DNA of 36,308 nucleotides from Stramenopiles sp. TOSAG23-2 (lineage: Eukaryota): positions 1-36,308 of the forward strand of contig LT649338.1 in NCBI GenBank assembly GCA_900128395.1, given 5' to 3'. Numbering within the stretch: position 1 is the first letter of the stretch; each line of letters starts with the position of its first letter. The notes under the pieces were generated by a model, which saw nothing but the letters and a program-made list of their open reading frames with translations, searched no databases and was not told the DNA's origin. Position numbers and translations under genes: made by a program. Of the stretch, positions 1 through 11,622 are shown piece after piece.

Positions 1-525
1 CAAAATTATTTTGCCAATTGATAGGAAAAATGGTATACTAGTGGAGCCTAACTTTAAAAAGGTATTTTCAATGTTTTTCCTTTGTTTTCATGTAATGAAA
101 TGAAAAATCCATCATCATAACAAGGAATTACTAAAATTTAGGTTGAAAATGTTAAAAATGATGAAATTTGATGGAAAATTTCCCTGAAGACTGTCTGTAT
201 TTTATACAATTTTAAAAAATAAAACTATTTACTATTGAAAATTTACATAGACTTTTTTTGACTAACCTCAATAATAATTTGGCCTCACGGCCTCACCAAT
301 ATTTGATAGGGATAAAGACCATGTAAGCATAAATAATGGTACTCTAAAGACACCGACCTCTCCAAATACCTTGGCACTATGCTATGCGAATATCATAGCT
401 GGATAGCCAGATAGCGGGGTTCCTGAGTACCTGGTAGTGAATCTCGTTGCAGGTAGAGAGCTGGCCCATCAGCTACAAATATAGTGCTAGTGGTGGTAAA
501 AAGTTCAAATTATGGAAGAGTAAAA

Positions 526-747
526 GATGTAGATAAGATGGTAGTTGGTAGCGGGAGACATAAGCAAACAAAATAAGAGGAAGCAAACGATGGCATCATT
601 AGCAAGACCGTTAACCCCGGGAAGAGGAGCAAAGTGGATGTAGATAAGATGGTAGTTGGTAGCGGGAGACATAAGCAAACAAAATAAGAGGAAGCAAACG
701 ATGGCATCATTAGCAAGACCGTTAACCCCGGGAAGAGGAGCAAAGTG
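526..747 (+). repeat. Exact 111-bp tandem duplication (526-636 and 637-747) spanning the 5' UTR and start of the PHD gene
   Basis: gatgtagataagatgg...gaggagcaaagtg occurs twice back-to-back; the ATG copies are at 590 and 701. Confidence 0.95.
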
Positions 748-2281
748 TGTCATATGCAACACTGATTCTTCCCCTGATTTACTGGTGTCGTGTTTAGGTT
801 GTGGTGTGACAGTCCATATTGATGAATATTATACTCATTGGGAAAAAGGAGAAGAAATACCAGCCGAATGGTATTGTAAGTTATGTGAAGTAAATAACGC
901 GAGACCGGATCATGCACCTAAATGTGTACTATGTCTAAAAACTACCTTTAAATATCCCTACCTTCCCGTTCAAGAGAATGAAAAACTGCAGCACATTGGA
1001 AAAACATTAGGTTCCCATTGGGCCCATGCGCATTGCGTAAATTTCAATAAAGAACCTTGGCAGGATACAGATTCAACAGCGGTTGTGAACTTAGATCTTG
1101 AAGGTGAAGTAGAAAAGGATGAGGCATATTGGCATATCAGTAAAGACCGCGTAAACCTCGAATGCATGGTATGTAAGAAGAAAGGCTGGAAACATGGAAA
1201 ATATCGAAGCATATGTTGTCAATGCAGTGAGGAAACATGTACTTATGCGTTTCACGTGACCTGTGGGTTACTCAACCAAAGAAAAAAATTTCATACTATT
1301 GTTGATTTTGAAAAAACTTCATTTCAAATGTTCTGTCCGGACCACTCATCTAAATTTAAAAAAAAAAAGGCTGCAAAAAGAAAGAAAAAGAAACTTGATG
1401 CTTCTACCAGCGTCGTTCGTGCAACGAGTTTTGATGGGGCTAGCAAAATTACTACTACCACAACGACTACCACTATCACTACTGGAAAATCAAAATTGAG
1501 TGATGATGACGATAATTATGTTGATACACAACCAAGCAAAAAGCGACGTATAACAGAAGTAAGTGGTAACATGATGACAGATGAATATGTTAATCAATCA
1601 AATGAAAAAGGTCCAGCTGTTGAAAACTCGGATGAAGGTGCTACATTAAAGTCTACAAAGTTGCGAAGGATAAGTTCAACTGATGCGAAAGACTTGTATT
1701 CATCAACAGAAATTTCAAACGCAAAGAGAACAATTACAGAACTAATCAACGAAGAAACAAACACTTTTCATGGAGACGATATGGAAAAACTGGTGCAGTG
1801 TATGTTTAAATGTATTAATGTAAATACTCAAATAAACGTTCTTAAAGCGTTGAGGAATTCAAACTTATCATGTATACATGCTTTTTTACAACAACCATAT
1901 CCTGAAACACTGCAATTTTGTAAAAACTCAAAGGTGATTCCTGACGATTTTCGTCCTTCAAAATATGGCGGGTTGATAGCTATCTGTAACTGGATTTACA
2001 AACAACAAAAATTCTCACAAATCGACCGTCCAGAGCTATATAAGCAATTTGTATATTTTATTAAAGAATTAGATCTATCGCATGCACAATTGAGGATTTA
2101 TAAAGTTGGCGCAACCTATCAGAATACTAAGAAAACTAAGGTCAAATTGCAGCCAATGGGTAAGATTATTAAAGAATTATCAGAAGCTAGTGAGAAGTTG
2201 AACATCCACGGAACAGCGAGGGAGATTTATGAAGGATATGAAAAAGAACAAGGCCAAATACAAGATGTGTTTAATGCTTAA
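701..2281 (+). CDS. PHD finger + extended PHD (PZP-like) chromatin protein with possible C-terminal TFIIS N-terminal-like domain
   Basis: CVIC..CLGC..H..WYCKLC, then CVLC..WAHAHC..CMVC..CQCSEETC..FHVTC..FCPDH; basic NLS. C-terminal GGLIAICNWI..ELDLSHAQLRIYKVG resembles TND helices. Start moved from TTG 656 to ATG 701. Confidence 0.8.
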   Translation: MASLARPLTPGRGAKCVICNTDSSPDLLVSCLGCGVTVHIDEYYTHWEKGEEIPAEWYCKLCEVNNARPDHAPKCVLCLKTTFKYPYLPVQENEKLQHIGKTLGSHWAHAHCVNFNKEPWQDTDSTAVVNLDLEGEVEKDEAYWHISKDRVNLECMVCKKKGWKHGKYRSICCQCSEETCTYAFHVTCGLLNQRKKFHTIVDFEKTSFQMFCPDHSSKFKKKKAAKRKKKKLDASTSVVRATSFDGASKITTTTTTTTITTGKSKLSDDDDNYVDTQPSKKRRITEVSGNMMTDEYVNQSNEKGPAVENSDEGATLKSTKLRRISSTDAKDLYSSTEISNAKRTITELINEETNTFHGDDMEKLVQCMFKCINVNTQINVLKALRNSNLSCIHAFLQQPYPETLQFCKNSKVIPDDFRPSKYGGLIAICNWIYKQQKFSQIDRPELYKQFVYFIKELDLSHAQLRIYKVGATYQNTKKTKVKLQPMGKIIKELSEASEKLNIHGTAREIYEGYEKEQGQIQDVFNA

Positions 2282-2678
2282 GGACTAAAAGGGACATGCA
2301 ACGTGCACATGTACGAAGCGTAATGGATGTATTTGATACCGGAAGTTTTATATTTTTTTTACGCGTGTAGATTTTTATAGTATATATATATATATTATTT
2401 AACCATCATTTATGTACGAAGTGTATTATTCTCTTACACTCATCATATATAATACGAAGTACGAAGTATTCGTACGAGTATATGATAAAATATGCATAGT
2501 TCTTTGACAAATATGATATGATACGAGTATGTATGATAATCGTTTTTTAAAAAATAACAAAAATGTACTCTCCTCGCGTATTTTATCATAGGCATATCAG
2601 TACGCACAAACACGCCTTCTCGCCTTCTCGCCTTCTTTTTTTTCTCTTTTCTCTCTCTCTCTCTCTCATTTTTTTTTT

Positions 2679-5600
2679 TTAACAATTTGTCACGCTGATT
2701 CTTGGCACAATATTCATTGCTTGCAATTCCTGAAACAATAATTTTGCTGCATATGGCAATTTCAACTCTGTTAATTCATAATCAACACCAACATTTTCAC
2801 AATAACTGCATTTACCAGGAAATGCCAACAAGCCACATGATTGGCAGACAGTTGCTGAATAGACATCACTTGAAATCATCAATCGTTCCAACAACAATGA
2901 ACTAGCACCGTATCCAATTAGGCAATCACGTTCCATCTCACCTAAACGTAAACCACCATCTCTTGCTCGACCTTCCGTTGGTTGTCGTGTTAATACTGCT
3001 CTTGGTCCTCGGGACCTAGCATGCATTTTATCTAAAACCATATGCTTTAATTTTTGATAGTAGACAGGGCCCATAAATATATATGCACTCAAAGGTTCCC
3101 CCGTGGTGCCAGAATACAGCATATCCTTTCCTGCATAATTGTAACCATAATCAATCAACGTTTGACTACATTCATCTACCCCTACAGCGCCACCATAATC
3201 CTCACCAAATGCAGTACCATACATACGTTTTCCAGAAAGCACGCCAGCTTTCGAGGCAATTAATTCAATCATTTTTGCAACCGTCATACGTGATGGGAAA
3301 CCATGAGGATTCATAATCATATCAGGGCATAGACCATCATCTGAAAACGGCAAATCTTCCTGTGGCACTATAATACCACATACACCTTTTTGACCATGCC
3401 TACTACTGAATTTATCTCCTAACTCTGGTATTCTCATTTGACGTATAAGGATTTTAATCATTATCGTTTCATCTTGATTAGAGGTGATCAAAACTTTATC
3501 AACAACACCATCCCCTCCAACAGGGGCTTTGTATACTAAATTAGACTCTTGGTATTCAATATCAGGTTCTGATTGTTGTTCATATTCGATGCCATCTATT
3601 GTGTTTTTAGGGGTATCTTTCCGTACTAATGTAAATTTTGGTTCAACCTTTCTGCCTACACCTACAATACCATCGCTATCAATAGCTTGCAAATTGTTTT
3701 TCTTACTCGCACTGATATTTTCCCATGCCCCTTCCCCTTCTGCAGTGCCACGAATGCGATCACGTGTATTATTAGCATATCGTCGTACGGTAGTACCAAA
3801 TTTTTTCATTACCATACATCGTCCATACCCTCTATCAACACTTGCTTTATTTAGCACCACTGCATCTTCAATATCATAACCACTATAACTCATGACAGCT
3901 ATAATAGCATTTTGCCCTGCTGGTAATTTATCAAAATTGACCAAATCCAACACCCTTGTCGTTACTAATGGTTTCATTGGGTACAACATTAAATACAATA
4001 AAGTATCTACGCGATTGTATTGATTATATCCAATAGTTCCTATTGCTTGTTTTCCCATAGCGCATTGGTATGTATTGCGTGGACTTTGATTGTGATGTGG
4101 GAATGGAATTAAACCAGCAACTGTTCCTAATATACTCATTGGATCTATTTCCATATGTGTATGTTTCGTAGTAGCACCACGTTCATCGATACATATATAA
4201 CAGTTATTTTCTTCGTTTACGTCAATAAATTCGACTATCCCTAAATCGACTAAATCCCAAAATTCCATTTCATCATTTGGATCTTTTATACGATCAATAT
4301 GTTTTTGTTCTAATTCACAGATCCCATTTTCAACGATTAGCAATGGTCGGCAAACACGACCAGCATCAGAGGATATATATATGCAACGATGTTCTTCATG
4401 CAAATGGATACTAACGTACCTGCCAAATTTACGTGCACGACGTAGGCATTTCAATTCGCGCTCAAATTTACGAGGATTTCTATGTGCCCCAAGTAATCTC
4501 CCATTTAAGAACACGATGAAATTTTCTTCTGAATATAATTCTTCCCCAGTCAATTCAGATGCATCGACAACACCCAATGTAAATGCAAGTCTTGATATTG
4601 GTCCCTCCTCTTCATCAGATGTTACATGCGTTAGTAATGCTAAATTTTTTACCAAACCACATGATTCCCCTTCCGGTGTATCACTTGGACACAGCATACC
4701 CCATTGTGAACTTTGCAATGAACGTGGACCACTAACTTTTCTCGTCTTTTCAAATTGACTTGTTATTCTGGACATATGCCCTAATGATGATATGTATGAT
4801 AAACGTGACAGTTGCTGTGTGACACCTTGTCGATCCATGCGAAAACGTTTTAAGCTCCAATTTCCCGTTGATATCATTTGTGTAAATCCATTTGTAATAG
4901 TATCTTCTCTTATATATTTCAATGCATTAAATTTTGCAGACCGATTGTGCTTTGTTAAAATGATATCAGCCTGTCGTTGGATTTCAGTATTAAAGCGTTT
5001 AAATAAATCTTCAAATAATAATGACATTAATGAGCCTGCTAACTCTAATCGTTTGTTTCCATAATAATCTTTATCGTCTAAACGACTTCTATCAATATGG
5101 GCAATAATTGCCATGCGAGTCATATAGGCGACGTAAATCGCTTTTTGATGAAAATTATACGATGGTGATGGAATATGTGGCAAAACAACAGATGCAATAA
5201 CTTCCCTGGCTTCATCTGCTGGATCTCTATCTCTGTGATGCCATCTACGCCTTGCACTCCTTGCTTTCATATTTTTGATGCGCGTACCGATTAATACATG
5301 AGCTTGTTCACATGTGTATATATCCATCTCATGTATCTCTTGAAAGGAAGGTGTCAAAAGGGAAGCTATTCTTCCATCCGTCCCAGCAATTAATGATACA
5401 ATTTCTGCATCGCTTTCAATGCCTAATGCTTTTAAAAAAACAACAATTGGTATATCCTCTCCAAGGGTATTTTGTTTCATATATAATTTACCATTTTTTA
5501 AAACAATAGCGCAACGTGATTTGCGTTCATGTGTAGAGCTCATAACAGTGGAACAAATATTACCTTTACCACTAATTTCAACAATAACTCTATTTTTCGA

Positions 5601-6246
5601 TAATTGTTCATGTATTAAAATAACTTTTTCTTGCCCTTTAACAATAAAATAACCACCTGGATCCATTGGACCTATATATGACATGGAACAAAATGATTGT
5701 TAGAGAAAAGAAAAATACAATATAAGTGTGTGTGTGTAGTAAGAAAAAAGGAGAAAGACAAATAATAATTTACGGACATTCTTTCAACGTAGCTAATTCT
5801 TTTTCAGATTTGCCTCTTAAATTACAACGGCAACTTTTTAACATTATAGGTACACGTCCAATACAGACATTTGTTTTTGGCGTCATTACTTGCCCCTTAC
5901 GATACATAATATCAACAAAAACAGGGGCGCTATAAGTCAGATCTTGCAATCTGCACATAATTGGTGTAGTTGACATCACTTGTTCATAACCCAGCTCTAC
6001 GTTGGGGAAGCCAACACGAATTTTAGAGTAAGAAATAATAACTTTACCATCAACAGTACTTTTAACTACCCGGTTTGATTTAATTATTTTGTGAATTTCC
6101 TCACGTAAAAAATGGTCAAAAGAATCAATGTGTTGTCTAACTAAACCACGTACTCTTAAATAATCAGGTATTAATTGCCACTTGTCTTCAAGGCGTTTTA
6201 TAGAGGCACCAGGTGCTCTTTCTCCAAAACTCTTATTGGAAAACAT
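2679..6246 (-). CDS. RPC2: RNA polymerase III second-largest subunit; exons 6246-5778 and 5671-2679 (~1153 aa)
   Basis: Pol III-type motifs GLVRQHIDSF, KTRKVSGPRSLQ, HHNQSPRNTYQCAMGKQA, GDKFSSRHGQKG, LRLGEMERDC; the splice restores conserved ECPMDPGGYF. Confidence 0.96.
5672..5777 (-). other. Spliceosomal intron of RPC2 (106 bp, GTCCGT...ATAG)
   Basis: This GT-AG pair keeps the frame and gives ECPMDPGGYF. Confidence 0.85.
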
Positions 6247-6911
6247 ATTTTATATAATTTATTTACGTATGTATATATACTCCTTATGTCCGTATATATA
6301 TATATATATATGTATTTATTGATACTATGTATAACTAGTTATCTTACAAAAATGGGAGATGATGATGTTGATGATGATGATGAAAATAAAAAATGTGTAT
6401 ATATATATATCTATTATACAACGTGGTCTTTTTCTTTACAATTATAATAACAGCAAACAACTTGAAAATGTGATGCTCCGTACTAAAATATTATAATCTT
6501 CGTGTTTGATATATATGTTCAATATCCAATTATTTACAATATCATTTTATACATATATGATTGATAAAAAATAATAGACGATATCTTATATTCATATTTA
6601 TACAAATCTATTGGATGGGAGGTGTGTTGAGGCAGAGCTCTCTGGTTGAGGCGGTGTGTTGGAGGTGTTGTTGTTTTTACAACAACAGGTTTTGGGAAAT
6701 TCTGGCCTTAGCTATCTTTCTTTTTCTTGCAGCCGCCAGCTTGCTGGGCTTGCCTTAGACTAGGCTTGGTTCTTCTTGGTTCTCGTTCGCCTCCTCTGTT
6801 CGCTATGAGCCTGCTGTTTTTGGGAATGGTTTTTCCTTAATTGTGTGAGCGATTGAAATATTTTTTTAAGAGTATCAAGTTTGGCAGAGTTCTCTAGGCA
6901 AAAAATCCAGC

Positions 6912-7192
6912 ACAGTTTAAGGTTTTACGACGGACCGTACAATTTAAGGTTTTACGGAATAGTGCATTTCGTCCAAAAACTGTACACTACCAAATTAACC
7001 CTATTCACTATGGGAAATATGTCTTATCGTTTTCTAAAATGCCAATTTTATTTTTCATATATTTGTAAAAAAATAGCAAATATCCGAAAATATAGAAAAA
7101 ATGATGAATATTTTCCCCCATAGTGAATAGTGTTTAGTGTACAGTTTAAGTTTTTACGGTTTAGAGGGTGTCACTGCGTATTTTCGGATATT
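6912..7192. repeat. Cluster of short direct and inverted repeats, possibly a degenerate MITE or transposon end
   Basis: ACARTTTAAGKTTTTACG at 6912, 6939 and 7141; imperfect IR 6977-7020 vs 7108-7147; 14-bp IR 7079-7092 vs 7179-7192. Confidence 0.6.
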
Positions 7193-8124
7193 ATTAGATT
7201 AAATAATTTTATTTTTCAAGTTATTTGTCGTTTTCGTCATTTTCGTCATTTTAATAATGATACCAATTAGTTTTTCACTGAGATATTTTTCACTAAAAAT
7301 TTTACTTAAATCATTGTTGTCATTTTTGGAATTTAGATGTCGATATTTTTTCGATCTGAAAAAAAAAATGTTCAGCAAAGTGCCATTCATGAGTAGATAA
7401 CCTAAATAAAATGCTCGAAGATAAATCTACATCTATAGATACCAAAGTATACAAACGTTATCATCATTATATATACAAAGATATTCCATTGCGGTATAAC
7501 AATATGAGCCATATGCGATACGATATAGATCGTTTCACATCGTTGCAACCGCAAAGTGCGCCATTAATTCAAAATTTACGTTTTAAACGTATTCTTACGA
7601 AAATAAGCTCTCGCAATAGGACTGCTGATTTTTCACAATTATTCAATTTAAGACGCAGAAAATGATATTTCACCGAATCCTTGTTCATATTCTTTATGAT
7701 AGTTGTTTCTGGTATTCTTTCTCGTAAAGCTGTTTGGTCATCAAATTCTCTTTTTAAACTAGTTGACCATTCTCTTACACACTTTTTATCGCTTTCCCCT
7801 AATTTTTTTAATTTGTTTTCATCATGGGCTTCGTCGGTTTTTTGGTCGGTTTTTTCAAATTCGTCTAACTCTACCTTTCCTATATGTATTATATATACTT
7901 GATAGTATACAAATATGAAAAAAAAATATTGCCAAAATTTCCTCTCCGGAGTCGCAAAGGTTTTTTTTTTGTTGTTCGAACAACATATATAGAATAAACA
8001 ACAATTCAATTTTTTATAAGCTATAGATTTTTTACAAGAAAATTAGTTATTGAGGGAAAATTGGAAAAGGAAAAGAAAGATAGAAATTTTATAGAACAAA
8101 CAAACAAAACGAAATATAAAAAAT

Positions 8125-8514
8125 ATGATACGGAATTTAATACAAGTAGCGGCGAAAAGAACCAACCAAATTGGGGGCAGAAAGAATGCATTGCCAAGTG
8201 CATTAAATAGTCAAAATAAAAAATTTTTTTATCAATTATTTAGTAGTGAAAGTGTAAATAATAACGAAGCACCAGAATTAAAAATGGAAAATATATTACG
8301 TGAAGAGTTAGGTGCAGACCATGTTAAAATCGAAGATATATCAGGTGGTTGTGGTTCTATGTATAAAATGTTTGTTGTCTCGGAAGAATTTGAAGGCCTA
8401 AATAAAATAAAACAACATCGTTTGGTACAAAGAGCATTAGCAAGTGAAATTGCTGATATGCATGGATTAATTCTTGATACAATGCCAGCTTCTAAATATA
8501 GTGAAACAGAATGA
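8125..8514 (+). CDS. BOLA3: BolA-family protein, BolA3-type, with probable mitochondrial transit peptide
   Basis: DISGGCGSMY, FEGLNKIKQHRLV..AL..EI..MHGL; basic, acid-free N-terminal extension. Confidence 0.9.
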   Translation: MIRNLIQVAAKRTNQIGGRKNALPSALNSQNKKFFYQLFSSESVNNNEAPELKMENILREELGADHVKIEDISGGCGSMYKMFVVSEEFEGLNKIKQHRLVQRALASEIADMHGLILDTMPASKYSETE

Positions 8515-8950
8515 TAATAATAATAATAATAACAAATTACGTACACATGTATTTAAACCATTTACAAGAGGTACATCAAGATATGAACAAATACGATTAA
8601 ATGATTTGAAACATGTTAAATTATCTAAACCAATTGAAATATTTAATATGATTGATTTGGCAAGTGGTACTGAACCAAATGAAAAAGAAATGTATCCATA
8701 CGTGGATCGTATTATTGAAAATGGTTATGCTAATGCCATTGCATTGTATTTTGATGTATATTTAGATAGTGAGAAACAAATTGTTTTAACAACTTCCCCA
8801 ACAAATACATCAACGTGTTGGGGTCAAGCCATACAAATATTTGACAAAGAAATTGAATGCAACCAAAACGAACCAATTGTATTACATGCAAAACATGATT
8901 TTACAAGTATTAAAGTGAGACTTGCGGAGGATTTAGATTTTGATATATAG
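8515..8950 (+). pseudogene. Orphan C-terminal beta-barrel fragment of a protein arginine methyltransferase (PRMT7/9-like)
   Basis: GYANAIALYFDVYLD..IVLTTSP..TCWGQAIQIF resembles the PRMT barrel/THW-loop region; no SAM-binding domain or upstream exon visible; abuts the BolA stop at an (AAT)n tract. Confidence 0.65.
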
Positions 8951-9073
8951 TTCTGGTAGTGTGCCAGTGTGTACTCGTAAAAATTAATTTAATAAATTCT
9001 ATAAATAGACTTTTTTATTAGATGAAAATATAAAATATATGTAAAAATATAAAAAAAATTTTATCTCTCTTTT

Positions 9074-9526
9074 TTAACACCCATCAACACCATCACCAAC
9101 ATAATTCTTCCATACATTATTTGGAATTCCATGATTTTTATGTCCAACAGGACCACGTAATTGTTGCTCAAAGCGCATACTACTACTTTCCTTTAAACCG
9201 TCTAATTTTGATTCACCAACGGTGGCTTTTAAAAATGTAAGTACTTCATCATCACTTTTACTCCTTTGTACAACTTCACTAAAAGTCGATGATTGTACAC
9301 CTAAGCTAGTGAGCAATTTATTATCATTAGGACATGGGTATTGCAAATCACCACCTAATTTACCATCTTGTGATAATTGGGCTTTATCCGTCATTCTTGC
9401 CAGGTGTGAAATTCCACCTATTTGTATGGTCGAATGGCGTGGTTCAGATAGGACAGGAATGCCCTGTCCTTCCTGAACCACCACCACCACCACCAATATT
9501 ATCAATAAATATATATATGTATACAT
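9074..9526 (-). CDS. DUF5069-like protein (start uncertain; possible acceptor at 9473)
   Basis: PRH...IGGISHLARMTDKA.....GKLG..LQYPCPND..LL..LG....F..VV...SDDEVL matches my recollection of the DUF5069 pattern. Confidence 0.7.
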   Translation of the reverse strand: MYTYIYLLIILVVVVVVQEGQGIPVLSEPRHSTIQIGGISHLARMTDKAQLSQDGKLGGDLQYPCPNDNKLLTSLGVQSSTFSEVVQRSKSDDEVLTFLKATVGESKLDGLKESSSMRFEQQLRGPVGHKNHGIPNNVWKNYVGDGVDGC

Positions 9527-9851
9527 CTATTTATCTATCTATATCTATATATATATAAAATGTTTTAATATTTATATTTATATATATTTATATATATATA
9601 TATTATATTATATCTTCTCTATACACTTCTATGTTTCATACCACTAGTATTATTATTATTCAGGTATTTTTATATATATTTTCCCCTCCGTTTTTTTATT
9701 TCATTTGCAACGCATTTCTTCTTTCTTTGCACCTTTGTGTTGCACAGAAGATGATTTTACCTCATTAATAAATCAGATTTAGTATCGGTATAGCATTGTA
9801 TTATATATCCCTATCAGATGGTGTATTGTTTAGTAGCATAGCGAGTATAGC

Positions 9852-10792
9852 TTACTTTAACCCTACTAAGAACACAAAAAATGGTAGGTGCTGACACATC
9901 TTGATTTTACTATTACACATTTGTTGCATTTTGGCCAAGATGCCCACCAATTTCTCAAATGCCTGCATGTAAATCGATTTATTTTGCACTAGAGACTGTA
10001 GATACTCCATATAGACACCCATATCAATTCTTTTATTAATTATACTTCCTCCTTTTCCTTGATAGTTTAATTCAACCATAGATTCACCAATAGACACCAA
10101 ATTTTGGACTTCCAGCAACAAAATTCCACTCCCACTTTTGTCCTTCTTTTGCCCAGCCCCTGGCCTCACACCTGATTCAAGTAACATGTGTAGAGACACA
10201 TATTTCTGTTTTACAATGAATATTTTCTTTTATATAATCCTGTAACATCTTAACTTTAAATGATTTTACCTTTAAATGCTGGACTTGATAAACTTACAGC
10301 ACCCATTTGCAAATAAGCACTGTAATAATCATCACCACCATTTAATACTGCATATTTTAATTTTAGGTGCTCATCCACATAGTACCACATTAATTTGTAT
10401 GAAAAAGATTTATGCCCCAACAAACCTGATACTTCCATTAACACTTTTTCATTTGCATTTTTTCATCTAATAGGACTATATATTTAATTGGTTCAATTAC
10501 ACCACTTGTTAGATATTCATTCATAAGATTTTCATATTTCCAAGAAGACCACCAATTTCTAATATGCCTACAAGTTATTCCATTGTCATAATGTTTCAAT
10601 ACTATGCAGTGGTAGATTATCATCATCTATATCTATTTTAGTTTCTTCTTGTATTGTATTATTATTTACAGTAGGACTAACATTATTGTTATTATTATTT
10701 GTTGATGTTGTTGTATTATTTCTAGGAGATGGCCTTGGATTTAAATCATTTTCATTGAATATTGGATGTGGATATATTTGTACAGATGGCAT
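9852..10792 (-). pseudogene. Frameshifted, degraded gene of unknown family; CpG-depleted
   Basis: Four consecutive minus-strand ORF pieces in shifting frames, starting with an Asn-rich N-terminus; internal repeat TCRHIRNWWSSW / TCRHLRNWWASW in different frames. Confidence 0.65.
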
Positions 10793-11622
10793 AATATAAT
10801 ATATCGTTTAGGGATTAATGTCATTTGATGTTTCTCTATATATTATACGTACAACAATAAGTCTTTGATGATATCTCTCTCTCTCTCTCTCGAAATAAAT
10901 ATATATATTGAACTTATAAAATGTATAAAAATGTATTAAATATTGTGCATTATAATACCAGGTAAGTATATGAGCAGTTGCATGACACATTTTAGCTATA
11001 CCAGGTATATTTAGAATATTGGAAAACCTATGTACATCTGTAATGACATTTTGATATTTTGACCTTAAAACCTGGAGAAATCGTTTTCGGTGCTTTTCTT
11101 CGCGTTTTATCGTTTCGCGTTTTTTATGCTATAATACTGTAAATTAATAAGCGCACTTCACTATATTAGCACTACAGCACTACGCTGTGTCTATACTAGC
11201 GGCATTATTAATACCACCAGATAGCGACATCTTAATCTGAGTCTTACCGAATTGATTGCCAGATTGCAATTTTTTTAAATTGAAGAAGGTGTGAATCACG
11301 ACACCACATCATTTCATCATGGACACACCAGGTTGCATCATCTTAAAAAAAGATATGTGCATAGAAGATAATATTATTTAATATCTATTTATTGTTTTTT
11401 TGTATAAACTAAACAATAAACAAAGGAATCAAACTAACTACAGCAAAAGAGTGAAATGTAGATTATATATATATATATAGTAAATAAAGTAACAATATTT
11501 CAATAACAAAGTGAAAATAGGAAAGACGTATAGTATACATTATATTTACATGTATATATATATATTTGTATAGATTTCCTTTTAAAATAATAATAATAAT
11601 TAAAAAAAAAAAATAATAAAAC

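Noticed and set aside
505-762. Minus-strand ORFs with duplicated peptide
   Set aside because: By-products of the 111-bp duplication, antisense to the PHD gene start
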